A stretch of 64,000 nt of DNA, from assembly GCA_037447605.1 (NCBI GenBank), contig CM074823.1, positions 1,302,001 through 1,366,000 of the forward strand, in the 5' to 3' direction. This stretch comes from Zygnema circumcarinatum SAG 698-1b (Eukaryota; Plantae; Zygnematophyceae). Below the pieces are notes generated by a model. That model searched no databases, had not been told where the DNA came from, and saw only the letters and a program-made list of their open reading frames with translations. Shown here piece after piece: positions 24,129-37,373 of this stretch (positions are counted from its first letter, which is position 1; the number at the start of each line of letters is the position of its first letter). The position numbers were made by a program, and so were the translations under genes.

Positions 24129-24161
24129 ATAAAATAAAATAAAATGAAATAAAGACACGAC

Positions 24162-24381
24162 TAGGGTTGGGGGCACGGGGGCACGGGCATGCCCGGGGGA
24201 TGCCCCCCATTTTTGACCGTCCGTGCCCGGGGCACGCCTCCAAAAATTTTCCCCATATATTTCGTGCCCCCCCGTGCCCCCTGTCACGTGACGCTTACCT
24301 CGTAAGGGGGGGGGCCCCCCCAAGGGGGGGGGGCACGTGCCCCTGGGCACGGGTCGGAGGGGGACCGTGCCCCCAACCCTA
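24162..24381. mobile_element. hAT-like MITE, 220 bp
   Basis: 17-bp perfect TIR TAGGGTTGGGGGCACGG; 8-bp TSD gacacgac (24154-24161 and 24382-24389). Confidence 0.9.
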
Positions 24382-24565
24382 GACACGACTGCGACGGTCA
24401 CCGTCCCACTTAATGAATGTCCAAAATTTCAGGAAACAAATAAAATAAAATAAAAAGTCCACGGAACTGTACATAGTCGTGTTCGAAAAAAAGCCGAAGT
24501 TTCAAAACTCAAAAACGAATACAGTTTGAGGATCGCGTTTAAGCTAAACAAGTACTAATTATAAA

Positions 24566-25516
24566 GGGTAGTGATATTTCCACCCCTTTTTTGGATCCAA
24601 ACACCCCTTCCCGGCCGGGCAGATTTCAAAAAGGATTAAAAACGGAAAATGCCTTTTTCACACCTTTTTGGAATCGATACCCACCCTCCATCGGCAGATT
24701 TTATTTTTGCGAAACAAGGAAAATGATAACCCGTCACCCCATTTTGAATATCCCGCCTACCTGAATTTTTTTTCACGCGTGCGGTCAATCGCAGCCGTCG
24801 ATTCCCTCACAGATCGCAACACGGCAGATCATCATTTGATCTGCAGCCGGGCTCGGTCACAGCGAATGGCACGTGCCCACGTATCCCGCCAAAGTCACCT
24901 CAAAAGTTTGTCCGTACAAATGTCGTACGGTCGCAACTTTGAGGAGCCCAAAATTTCGTACATTGAGAGCTTGGACAAATCAAAATTTTCTACGTCAAAA
25001 ATGTAACATGTGGCAGCTGTTGATTGGCTGGGAGCTAACAATGACGAGATCTTGGGCCGAGGGACGCGCGCACTCGCACTTGCGATCCGGCTTTGACGGG
25101 ACTCGTGGGCGCTTTCCATTCGCTAAGATCGAGCCCGGCTGCAGATCGAACGGTGACCTGCAGTGGTGCGATCTTCGAGGAAATTGACAGCTGCGATTGA
25201 CACACACGTGTGAAGGACGGACACCCGCGAATGATCTCGTGGCGGACGGATCTTCAACTTCGAGCGGATTCGGGCTGGCAGATATTTCTTTCCCTCACAA
25301 AAAAAAAAAACAGGGAGGCGGGATACAGTATTCAAAATGCAGTGACGGGGTATCATTTTCCTTGGTTAGCAAAAATAGAATCAGCCGACGGAAGAAGGTG
25401 GGTATCGATTCCAAAAAGGTGTGAAAAAAGCATTTTCCGTCTTGAATCCCTTTTGAAATCTGCCCGGCCGGGAAGGGGTGTTTGGATCCAAAAAAGGGGT
25501 GGAAATATCACTACCC
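24566..25516. mobile_element. Foldback element, GGGTAGTG-terminus family, 951 bp
   Basis: TIR starts gggtagtgatatttccacccctttttggatccaaacacccc and continues imperfectly for >200 bp; 8-bp TSD attataaa (24558-24565 / 25517-25524). Confidence 0.88.
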
Positions 25517-25621
25517 ATTATAAATACAGGTTATAAAATTGATTTGATTTTTCTAGAACAGCCCCCAAATTGCGCGTCCGTACACAGGGACCGTACGCCA
25601 ACCGTACATCACACCATGATA

Positions 25622-26155
25622 CAGTAGGGGGTCCTCATATTTTCCACCCTGGTTCCGGGCAAAATGAGGCGAAAATATTAAATTTGCATATATAAGGTTC
25701 GTGTTACGAATAGACGGGCGGTATTATGTTAAAGTTCATGTTGAACCGTACGTATCGTACCGTACCATATCGTACCATATCGTACTGTATCATTTAGCAT
25801 CGTATCGTATCGTGACATATCGTGACGCATATACTGTCGTACATACTGTCGTTATCCAACCATCGGGGAGTTTCGTATCGTATTGACCGTATCGTATCGT
25901 ACCGTATCGTATCTAAGTCAAGAAGTCGGGGAGAGGAGCGAGCGCCTCTTACGGCGGCACGAGCGGGGAGATTAGGTGCGTTTTGCGTAAGCCCGTAACG
26001 GCTAGTACAGATAATAAGGACAGTACGGGCAGTACGAACAGTACGAACAGTACGGCTAACACAAGTTACCGTACAAAAAAGTGGTTTCGGCAAAATTGGG
26101 GCGAAAATATTGACGACGCACTCCTTGGGGTGGTAAATACGAGGACCCCCCACTG
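25622..26155 (+). mobile_element. Tc1/mariner-like MITE (same family as 13416-13919)
   Basis: TA-CAGT...ACTG-TA; reverse complement of the 13416 copy with an internal GTACGAACA repeat expansion. Confidence 0.8.
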
Positions 26156-26712
26156 TAGTGCCAATTCGTACCACAAGACCGATGCAAACAGTACTCGTCC
26201 TTACAGAAATGTCGGTGGTCATAATCCGTACAAGGTCTGGCGTTTGACTGCGCTCCCAAGAGGGGACTTGTCGCCACTCGCCGGCACGACGAGGGCAGCC
26301 TCCCACCGACACTCGCTCTCGACCCGTCCCCATCGCTCACTCTCCCTCCCCCTCCCTTAAACCCTTCCCCTCCCTCCCTCCGCCTCCTTACGTCTCCCTG
26401 TCTTCCTCCCTCCCTCCACCCCTCCCTCCCTCGCTCTCTACCCTTCCCCTTCGCTCCCTCTCTCCCTCCCCCACCCTTCGATACTTCCCCTCCCTCCCTC
26501 CCTTTCCCTACCTCTCCCTCCCTCCCNNNNNNNNNNTTTTCCCCCTCCCCCCTCCCCTTCCCCCTCGCTACCCCTCCCTGCCTCCCTCCCTCCCTCCCTC
26601 CCTCCCTCTCCCTCCCCTTCACTTTTTCCGCCTCCCCTCTCCCCCTCCCCCTCCCTACCCCTCCCTACCTCCCTCCCGCCCTCCCTCCTTCGCTTTAACT
26701 TTCGAGTGCGTT

Positions 26713-29700
26713 ATGCCCGTGATCTCGGTAGCTGAAGAGAACGGTCAAATAAAACCTCTTGACTCGGAGATGGATAAAGAAGGCTGCGGGAGCGAGAGGG
26801 CCTGCCCCTCTGCGGACACATCGAGGAGATGGAACCGTCGGTGCGTATTAGGGCTTTGCGGCGCAATGGCGGCGCTGCAACTTCTTTTCTTCATCGCGGA
26901 ATACTCCATGGAAGAGGGGGAGCTGGGGACGGGAGTCTGGCAGATGCTGGGGGGGGAACGGCGCCTGCTGAGAAAAGTCGATGGGAAGCTCCCCGTCTTC
27001 GCCTTCCTCATCACAGGTGGGTTGAGGAGAGAGGAAGGGAGGGACGGAAGAGAAAGATTATTGATCGAGAAGGGCGATATGTGGTGAAATTGGGGTAATT
27101 AGGGAAATTGCGAGGTTGGGCGGGTGGGGAGAAGCGAACGGGGAGGGAGGGGCAGTGGGAGGGAGGGAGGGGTGAAGGGGAGAGGAGAGGGAGAGAGGGA
27201 TGCCGAAGATTGAGGGAAGGGGGGAAGACGACGATTCGAGCCCCACTAATGGTCCCTCTCTCTTTCCCTCCCTCTCTCCCTCTCCCTCTCCCTCTCCCTC
27301 TCCCTCTTCCTCTCCCTCTCCCTCTCCCTCTTCCTCTCCCTCTCNNNNNNNNNNCAAGAGCTTGAATTTGAGTCGCATGACAAGCTGCTGCTCTCATACA
27401 AGTTTGTGCGGAGCTCCATCTGCAGGCAAATCATGGCGAAGCTTACCGTTCTCGATTCGGCAGTTTCCAGCGGGAGGAAGGAGCTTGTACATGGAAATTA
27501 TAGCCGACCCGTACCCACTAATTTTTATCTTTATAGAGGTAACACTGTCTTACTACAGTTCCTTTCGGCATCAGGTTTATGTTTCAGGGTTCAACTATCA
27601 AGATCGGGAGGGAGGCGGAGGGATGTAGAAGAGGCAGATATTGATGGGTGAAGTGAAGGCGGGCAGGGAGTAGACACACGCGGATGGAAAATGGATTTGG
27701 GGGAGGGAGGGAGGGAGGCTGCTGGAAGGGAAAAGCGGGAAACTGAAGAGAGTCAGATGAAGAGAGACAGTGAGAGGGAGTACGTTCGATATGAAAGTCG
27801 GAGAGGGAGAGAGAGAAAGTCATCGTACNNNNNNNNNNCTCCCTCTCCCTTTCCCTCTCCCTCTCCTTCTCCCTCTCTCTCTCCCTCTCCTTCTCCCTCT
27901 CTCTCCCTCTCTCTCTCCCTCTCTCTCCCTCTCTCTCCCTCTCTCTCCCTCTCTCTTCCTCTCTCTCTCTCTCTCTCTCGCTCTCCCTCGCTCTCTCTCT
28001 CTCCCCCTTGTGCGTGCGCCCGCAGGCAGCGAGGGCGAGGTGGCGGCCCTGCAGCGGGTGCTGTACGCCGTGTACCACCCCCGCAACGAGTACCTCCTCC
28101 ACTTGGACCGCTCCGCCCCCGAAGAGGAGCACGCGGCGCTCGCGCACTTCCTGCGCGCCGAGCGCGCGTTCGCGGAGGCGGGGAACGTGCGCGTCGTGAC
28201 GCGCCCCAACGCGGCGACGGACGCGGGCGCGTCCGCGACCGCCACGTGTCTGCACGGCCTCGCGCTGCTCCTGCGGCAGCGCGCGGACTGGGACTGGTTC
28301 GTCACGCTCAGCGCCGCCGACTACCCGCTCGTCACGCCCGACGGTGCGCGCCGGCACATGCACCGCCATGCAGCATAGCACCGCCTAGGATGGCGGCTCT
28401 ATTATGCTTCTACTAGCACCTCTCTCTGTCTCTCGCGCCGCTCCCTCTCTCGCTCTCCCCCCCTGTCGCACTCTGTCCCTCTCCCTCCGCCTCTCCCTCT
28501 CCTCAGTCCCTCTCTCTTTCTCCCTCTCTATTTCGCATGCCTGAGCTTTCGCATTGCCACATTCCTGTTCGTGCCAACTTGTGATGCAGATTTGTTGCAC
28601 GTCTTTTCCTCTGTCCCACGGCACCTCAACTTCGTGGAACACAGCGTTTATCAAAAGCAGAATCTGTACGCCTCTCTCCCTCTCCCTCAGCTGCATTGTC
28701 AAGCACTCGGTTCACACAGTGGATGTGAGCTGCACTTCTCCGTTGTGAGGTGGAAGTTTCCTAGTGACAACGAACAAGAGCTTGAATTTGAGTCGCATGA
28801 CAAGCTGCTGCTCTCATACAAGTTTGTGCGGAGCTCCATCTGCAGGCAAATCATGGCGAAGCTTACCGTTCTCGATTCGGCAGTTTCCAGCGGGAGGAAG
28901 GAGCTTGTACATGGAAATTATAGCCGACCCGTACCCACTAATTTTTATCTTTATAGAGGTAACACTGTCTTACTACAGTTCCTTTCGGCATCAGGTTTAT
29001 GTTTCAGGGTTCAACTATCAAGATCGGGAGGGAGGCGGAGGGATGTAGAAGAGGCAGATATTGATGGGTGAAGTGAAGGCGGGCAGGGAGTAGACACACG
29101 CGGATGGAAAATGGATTTGGGGGAGGGAGGGAGGGAGGCTGCTGGAAGGGAAAAGCGGGAAACTGAAGAGAGTCAGATGAAGAGAGACAGTGAGAGGGAG
29201 TACGTTCGATATGAAAGTCGGAGAGGGAGAGAGAGAAAGTCATCGTACTGGAGGCCATCATGCAACAGAAGCGAGATGGGAGACGACGAGAGAAAGAGAG
29301 GGAGGAGAGAGAGTGGAGAGAGACAGTGAGAAGGAGAGGGGGGGGAGGGAAATGTGGCGCATGGAAGGGTACTGCGGTAAGTGAGATTCAGGGTGCGTGA
29401 GACAACAAACCATCATATATTTTCTTGCTAGACACCGCCGTGGCGAAACCTTGATTTTTTTGTTCGTGACACATGTCACGCAGGTTCGGCGTGGGTGATT
29501 CTGACCCGCGCGTTTTCGGAGTACATGATTTTCGGATACGACAACTTGCCGCGCACGCTGCTGCTGTACCACGCGAACTCGGCGAACGCGCCGGAGCACT
29601 ACGTCCCGACGCTCGCCTGCAACGCGCGGGACTTCAACGCCTCCGTGGTCAACACCGACCTGCGCTACAACCACAACAACAACCGACTTAGGGCACACGC

Positions 29701-30593
29701 CAACGAGCAGCAGGCAAGGACCGGCGGCGGCTAGCAGTTGTAGCAGAGCCTTGCAGAGGGTTTCGTCTTATATGGGGGGTTGGGTGGGGTTGGGTTGGGT
29801 TGCATGCATCCCTTATGGGGATACTATTTTTCGTGTGTGCTTTTGTTTGGGGGCGATCAGTGGCGAACAGCTTTTCAAAATCTGAGGGGGAACTGAGCCC
29901 GCCCAAAAACATGCGTAATCCGCTACTGGTCCACATTCACGTCACTCAGTCTTATCCATATTCACGTCATTCCGTTTTAGCATGCTGACGTTGATTTCGC
30001 TTTACTACGGGTCGCGCTTTGCAGGGTCCATCAACGCTCGATACTTTGAATTTCTCGCAACTTCTTGAAAGGGGAGACGCTTTTGTGAGGACGTCTGATG
30101 AAGGGTCGGCAATGTTGGACAAAATTGACAAGTGAGTCATCTAAAGACCAAAAATTGTTCTTGCAATGCAACTCCTTGCCCAAATGAAGGCGCTAGTTCC
30201 TCGTGGTTCCCCATGATGCTGATTTTGTCCATGTACATTTGATGGCATCATCGCCATCGTGAGATCAATGCCACATCATCTTCGGTTAGTGACTGACTAA
30301 CCATCAATACGAAGCAAGTTGATCGATTTTTCTCTATGGGGTCCTGCAGGGAGGTTTTGCATCGTGGCGAGAGCCGGTTTGTGAGAGGTGGGTGGTGCGC
30401 GGAGCCCGCCGGCGCGGGGGGCGATCCGTGCGGGAATGTCGGCGCGTTGTCGGTTCTGAACGTCACCGACAACGCGCGGCGGTTGGAGCGGCACATTGCC
30501 AACCGGCTGCGGCCGAGATTCTTCCGCAACGCGCAGTGCAGACACTTGCTCAAACTCATGAGGGCGAGGAAAGCCAAAACTTCATCACTGTAA
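26713..30593 (+). CDS. GT14 GlcAT14-like glycosyltransferase, copy 2, ~463 aa, 7 exons
   Basis: Exons 26713-27016, 28026-28343, 28590-28665, 28846-28958, 29484-29713, 30025-30131, 30350-30593 (1392 nt); same phases and GC-AG intron 5 as copy 1; lengths of exons 2-6 are identical. Confidence 0.9.
27355..27828 (+). repeat. Gap-bounded copy of 28775-29248 (probable misplaced contig)
   Basis: Identical as far as I could read at offset 1420; both ends are 10-N gaps. Confidence 0.85.
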
Positions 30594-30637
30594 AGCCGAA
30601 CTCGTGTAAATAAACAACTGTTGCGCATGTTTTGAAG

Positions 30638-31480
30638 GAAAATGATACTTCGCCTCCCCTTTTTGGATACCCCCCCCCCCCTTTTCTGAAATGCCACCCT
30701 GTGAATTTGCTATCCTCTCCCCTTCCCCCCCCCCCCACTTTGGATATGTCGGGAGGAGATAACCCCTCCCTTTCCCTCCCCCTCCCCTGCCCTCCCCTGC
30801 CCTCCCCTCTCCTTCCTTCCCTCGCCGCCCTTGCCCTCCCCTCCCGTNNNNNNNNNNCTCCCTTCCCCTCCCCTACCCTGCTCTCCCCTGCTCTCCTTTG
30901 CCCTCCCCTCCTCTTCTCTCCTCTTCTCGGTTTGCAATGTCCATAGAAATGCTACCAACAGAGTATGAGACCGGCGATTAGCTCGTACAAGTCATCACCG
31001 ACCTCTACAAGCAGGAACGAGTACACATCAAGATCGTCAGCCGCCGACTCCACCTGCAATGCTTCTACGTTTTTGCGCTTAGGCCCAGATTAGTTAAGTT
31101 TTTTTTTTTTGGTTTTAGTTTCCTGCTCCTAGTTTTTTTTTTTTGTGCATAGGTCCTTTGCGACCAGTTTCTCGTGGTTCCCCCATGTTGACTTCGTCTA
31201 TGTTCATTTGATGGCCTCACCATCTTGAGATCAATGCAAATCCCCTTTTCTTTTGCCGCACAATGTTGGAAGTTAGTCGTGAAAAGGAGAAAACGGGGGG
31301 TGGAATGTCCAAAAAAAGGGGGCGATATATTTGAAACAGGGGGGGTGGGATAACCGAAATGGGCAGGCAATTTTTTCAAAAAGGGAGGTACGAAAACCAA
31401 AATAGGGGGGTGCAGTACCATTCTCCTTTCAAAAAAGGGGGCGAGATATCCAAACGGGGGGGGGGCGAAGTAGCATTTTC
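30638..31480. mobile_element. TIR element (GAAAATGATAC family) inserted in the GT14 copy 2 3' UTR
   Basis: gaaaatgatacttcgcc / ggcgaagtagcattttc termini; interrupts sequence that resembles the uninterrupted 3' UTR of copy 1; no clear TSD; contains a gap. Confidence 0.55.
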
Positions 31481-32234
31481 AGTTTCATGTTGTTGTTACG
31501 AGATGATTTGCGATGCCGAAAGCACACGTGTGATCTTTTGCGTTATCTTGCATGAACAAGGTACCATTCTGGGGCCCACCTTTTACAGAACAGTCAAGCG
31601 TACGGAATAGACCGTCCGTTGAGCATGTACAAAAGCCTTTCATGCATGGACATGCATGGCCGCCGATCTCCCGCCTAGAAGTACCTTTTGCGGCGTAACC
31701 TCAAGCACTTGTATACATCATTTCAGAGTCGATTGAGGCGGAGAAGTATCAAAACGAATTGGCAAACTGACGACAACCAAAGTACCGCACAACGGACCGT
31801 ACAATGGATAGTCCCACATCCCAATGCCTACATGGTGATGTCATCGCCCATCATCATTCCGTACACCTCACGCCCTCCCTCCTCTGCCTGCCAAGTGGCC
31901 ACGGCTGCCATTGCTCTGCCACGTGTCCTCCCCTCCCTCGCCTCCTCCAAACCTCTCCTTGAACCCTCTCTCCCTCCCTCCCTCCCTCCCTCCCTCTCCC
32001 TAGAACCCTAAAAGCTAAACCCTCCTCTGCTCGCCCCCTCGAGGGGTAGGGCCGCCGCCTCCCATTCGTGCGATGCGGCTCCGGCTGGACCCATCGTTTC
32101 ATGTCTCATGTTTGGTCTTGCTGTTGTTGTTGAACAACTTTTCAAGATGGTTCATGAAAGTCCATGCGAGAGGCACGCCATTGTACGGACAGATAACGGT
32201 GCGCTTAAATCGCAGCCGTACTTTTTTTTGGGGG

Positions 32235-33215
32235 GATACTGTATTCACAGCTATTTTGTCTACACACAGAGCATTTTTCGACGGGCAGGTTATATTTTAG
32301 AAAAAAAGAAGGATTAAAACCGAAGATACTTTTTCCACACCTTTCTGGAATCGATACAAACCTTTTTTCGTCGGGCAGACTTAGCCCTGATTTTTTTTTT
32401 GGAGAGAAAAAATATCGGCTGGCCCGAATCCGCTCGGAGCGGAAAATCCGTCCGCCACGAGATCGTTCGCAGATGTGTGTCCTTTACACGTGCTATGAAT
32501 CTCCGCCGTCGATTCTCACATAGATCGCACCACTGCAGATCACCGTTCGATCTGCTTTCAGGCTCGGTCCCAGCGAATGGCATGGGCCCACGTGTTGCGC
32601 CAGAGCCGGCTCAAAGTGCGTCCGTACAAAGGCTATACAGTCACAGCTTCGAGGAAAGGCGAAATACCGTACAGCATTGAGGGTCTGGACCAATAATAAT
32701 TAGCCACGTCATACAAAGTTAATACGTGGTAGATGGTGATTGGCTTCTAGTTGTCAATGGACGAGCCGCCGCAGGCTGGCCGGTCCAGCTCATAAGTTTG
32801 CGGAGCTCGGCCGAGGGACGCGAGCTCTCGCACGTGCCATCCGGCTTTGATAAAGGGACACGTGGGCCCGTGGCATTCGCTGGGACCGAACCCGCAAAAA
32901 AAAAACTGCAGATCGAACGGTAATTTGCCGTGGTGCAATCTGCGAGGGAATCGACGGCGGAGATTCATCCGACGTGTGCCGTGAACGATCTCGTGGAGGA
33001 CGGATCTTCCGCTCTGAGTGGATTCGGGCAAGCCGATATTTTTTCCTCTCAAAAAAAAAATCAGGGGTCAAATCTGCCCGACGGAAAAAGGTTTGTATCG
33101 ATTCCAGAAAGGTGTGAAAAAAGCATTTTTAATTTTTCAACCTTTTTTTTTCTAAAATAGAACCTGCCCGGCGAGAAAGGTCAGTGTGTAGACAAAAAAG
33201 GTGTAAATATAGAAC
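32235..33215. mobile_element. Diverged foldback element of the long-TIR family (approximate ends)
   Basis: Inverted arms ttttgtctacacac..gggcaggtt..ttttag..cacacctttctggaatcgatacaaacc and the shared gcccgaatccgctcggagcggaagatcc module. Confidence 0.7.
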
Positions 33216-33581
33216 TTGAATCTTTCTTCTTTTTTTGCGGATTGGAATTTTGTTTTCCTGACTTGATGTGACTGCCCGGCTGGTCCTGGCCAGACGGGCA
33301 GGACAAAAATGCACGTGACGATCTCGGATTGGCTCTGGAAATGTCACGACTACGCTAACCAATAAACATCCAAAAAAAGATTCTGCGAGGGCGGGCGGCC
33401 GTTTTCATCCGTATAGTTCGTACGGCGTTCGTATATAAAGTACAGAAAGAAACTAATCCACCTCACGAAACGACAAAATTGTCCTTGATGAATGTGGATC
33501 GATTCCAGGCTCTGTCTCTCTCTCGCTCACTCTCGCCCTCTTCCTCACTCTCCCTCTGAATATCTCACTCTTTCTATCTCA

Positions 33582-33644
<63 letters not shown>

Positions 33645-34159
33645 CTATCTCTCTCGCTTTCATATCCTCTCCTTCTGGCTCTCTACGCCCCACTATCACC
33701 CTCTCTCCCTCTCTCTCTCGCCATCCCTCAATTTATTTCTTCCGACGCTTCAATTTCACCTCCTCCCCCGACACCCAAAAAAAAGGGAATGGAAATAATA
33801 TCTACATATTGTATATAATATATATTAATATATCAATTAATATCATTTTACAGCACCGTACAGGAATTTGACTCTCACTGTACAAGTGCCCCCTCACTGC
33901 CCTCCGCTCCTCCCTCTCTCTCTCTCCCTCTCTGCTTCTCCCCCATCAATACCTCTTCATTCTGACTCTATCTCCTCAACTATATTTCTCACAGTCTTCT
34001 CCCTTCTATTTATTTCGCTCTCCCACCTTACCTCCCCTCCTTAACCCACTCTTCTTTCTCTCTCACCTTATACCTCCCGTATCTCTTTGAATCCTCCTCT
34101 CTCACTCTCTCCCTCCCTCTCTCTTCTCCCCACCTTTCCCCCATCCCACCCTCGCTCCT

Positions 34160-36458
34160 ATGGCGCACCCCATTCCTCTCCTCCTCCTCTCCCTCTCCTT
34201 CTCCCTCTCCCTACCTCCTCTTCTCCTCTCCTCCCCCCTCCCCCCATCGCATTCAACTCTGCCCTCCCTCCTCAACTCCGCCCTTTCCAGGAAGCTTCTC
34301 TCCTCAAATCCGTACCTTAATACGCGCTACGACGGGGGGCGAATTCTCACTCAAGGCATGGTCGTACACGTGGCATTCATCGGGGACTGGTCCCACAAAT
34401 CAACGGCTAAGAGGACCATAATGCGTTTCTTGGCCTCTCTTGACTCGTCCACAGCAGACCAATCCTTAGACCCCACTGTACGGAAGTGGTGGAACATTAT
34501 TGGCACGTATAAAGACAAGGATGGAAACAGCGCATCGACCATGTTCAGACTTGCAAAGAAGCACATTTTTGGGAATGTGAGCGCGCAACTTGACTACAAC
34601 GACGAGAGAGGGGCACTCGACACTTTGCGCAGTTACTTTCCATTGCCAACCGGTGACAATTATGTGTCTCTCTACCTCACGAGCAATGAAGGTGTCAATG
34701 TGAGGGGCTCTCTCTCTCTCTCTCTCTCTCTCCATCCCATCCTCCAGCAATCTCTCTTCCTCGCCTCCACTCTCTCACTGTCCGTTTCCTTCCTTCCTCG
34801 TCTCTTTTCTCTCCTCGTCCTCGCCACTGACTCCCCTCTCACGCACTCCCCTCGGACCATCCTCCCTCTCCTCTCCTTTCCTTCCTCTCCCACTCTCGCG
34901 CTCTCTCTCTCCCCCTCTCTACCTCTCTCCTCTCTCTCCTCTGTCGTCAAGAATATCACATTCCCTAATCATCCCCTTGCTTCCTCCTCTGACCTTTCCC
35001 TCTCATGCTTGCCTCCACTCCCACACCTTCCCACCCCCCCTCTCTCTCGTCTCCCTCTCTATGCAGGTTGCCAACCCTTGCGTTTGTGGGGAGATTGTGG
35101 GGAAGCAAGGGATATGGGTACACGATACAACCAATTGCTCCAACAAATGTTGGATATCTTCGGAAACTAAAGCACCAAACGACCTCCTTGGCGACATTGT
35201 TGTTTATCAAATGTCAATAGGATTAACATCGTTGGCGGTAAACCCTAATTTCAACTCTTTCGGATGGATTTATTTGTTTCAAACAAATTTTACTTACGTA
35301 TACACTGGGGCCGGATCCGCGTGCTTGAATGAGACCTTTGATCCGAATGGTACATTCTCCTCCCTCTCTCTCACATCCTTAGCCTAACTTCAATCATCAT
35401 CACTAATACCCATTCAATTAAATATTTGTTGAACTTTACTGATTGTAACCTTGATCTACCACTTTGTTGACATGCATTGGCATGCATCCAGTGGCTTGGA
35501 ACGTTTATGGTAATAACGACACAAGATTTTTGGTCGAGCACATAGTCGACCAAGAAGAAAAGAAATGTGCTCTTCAAAGGGATAGCCCTTCGAGTGGAGG
35601 CACTCATCCGAGCTCTTTTTATTCGTCTCCGCCGCCCCTTGCAGCATCACCTCGTACGTGTGCCTCCAAATTCAGCCATTCTCTCTCTCGCGCGCTCTCT
35701 CTCTCCCTCCCCAACTTTCTCTTTCATTCTCTCCCACTCTCGTCCGCTCGCTTTCTCTTTGTTCAAATGCAAAACCCCATGTATTCGTCACTTCGCCCAT
35801 CAAGACCTCCGAGATTGGTTGTTCCTTTCCCTCCCCCCTCCCCCNNNNNNNNNNCTTTGCCTTTGAACATCTCTCTCCTTCCTCTCCTTCTCACCCTCCG
35901 GAGTTCTGCTTGTTCGTTGGAAGTTGCAACCGTTGGTCCCAACCATCTTCTCCTCCCCCACTTCCTTTCCGCCTCTTAACTTTCTAAGGACTCCAAGGCC
36001 AAACACTCCTCCAAATCCTAAAATCCTAAAATCCATAATATTCCTTCCATTTCAACCTCTACTGAGTGACTTTATGGAGGGTTGGTTCAATTGCGCAGAA
36101 GTAAAGTCTGTGTTGACTTCAATCCCAGGATTTATAAGCATCGCAATTTCATGTCTTATATTCATGGTCCTCTGTTGGTACTGCTGTTGCTATAGGAGAC
36201 CGAGCGTGTTTACAAGTATGTACTTTCCTAAACACTGAAAATGGGAGGGAGGGAGAGAGGGAGGGAGGGAGGGAGGGAGGGAGGGAGGGAGGGAGGAAGG
36301 CCCCCAGGGAGAGAGGGAGAGAGGAAAGGAGGGAGGGAGGGAGGGAGGGAGGGGTTCCTCTTTATTCTCTGCTCGCTTGCAAGTCCTTATTGAGTTCGTT
36401 TGTTGTTCCAGGAATGAAAACAGCCGTGCATCCGGAGAACACGGACGACGTGACGTGA
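34160..36458 (+). CDS. EXORDIUM/PHI-1-like (Phi_1) protein with signal peptide, C-terminal TM and short tail, ~362 aa
   Basis: Exons 34160-34699, 35067-35349, 35492-35593 (or 35599 with a GC donor), 36099-36215, 36412-36458; motifs YDGGRILT, FLASLDS..PTVRKWW, VSLYLTS, CVCG, APND, LAVNP, WNVYGNNDTRFLV; TM IPGFISIAISCLIFMVLCWYCCCYRR. Confidence 0.75.
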
Positions 36459-36728
36459 CGACAAGTGTGGTCCTTCGCAGTAATACGTAGCCTTATTGTT
36501 ACTTATTTTTATGACCTAAATTTATTCCAATGAAGGTGAAATGTAAATATCAGTGGAAACTGACTGCAGTCCGGAGGACGACCGAAGCTGAGAATGCAGC
36601 GAATAAGACCGGACGTTCTTTAAACCCTATTTGCGATCCATATTTGATAAGCATCCACTTAAATAAACTTTTTTGAAGTTCGATGGAATTGCGAACAGCG
36701 CGTGGGCTCTGGCAGGCACAGAACTTAG

Positions 36729-37373
36729 TCATGGCATGGCATGGGCATGGCATGGACATGGCATGGCATGGACATGGCATGGGCATGGTATGGCATGGGC
36801 ATGGCATGGACATGGCATGGCATGGACATGGCATGGGCATGGTATGGCATGGGCATGGCATGGACATGGCATGGCATGGACATGGCATGGCATGGACATG
36901 GCATGGGCATGGTATGGCATGGGCATGGCATGGACATGGCATGGCATGGACATGGCATGGCATGGACATGGCATGGACATGGCATGGCATGGACATGGCA
37001 TGGACATGGCATGGCATGGCATGGCATGGCATGGGCATGGTATGGCATGGGCATGGCATGGACATGGCATGGCATGGACATGGCATGGGCATGGTATGGC
37101 ATGGGCATGGCATGGACATGGCATGGCATGGACATGGCATGGACATGGCATGGGCATGGTATGGCATGGGCGTGGCATGGCATGGACATGGCATGGACAT
37201 GGCATGGACATGGCATGGCATCGACATGGCATGGGCATGGCATGGGCATGGCATGGACATGGCATGGCATGGACATGGCATGGCATGGACATGGCATGGA
37301 CATGGCATGGACATGGCATGGCATGGCATTGCATGGCATGGCATTGCATGGCATGGCTTGGCATTTCATGGCT
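36729..37373. repeat. (GGCAT)n-based satellite with GGACAT/GGGCAT/GGTAT variants and a ~54-bp higher-order unit
   Basis: Direct reading; GGTAT variants at 36787, 36841, 36911, 37039, 37093 and 37158. Confidence 0.95.

Noticed and set aside
27355-27828. Extra GT14 exon 4 inside intron 1 (exon scrambling)
   Set aside because: It is bounded by gaps on both sides and identical to 28775-29248; misplaced contig.
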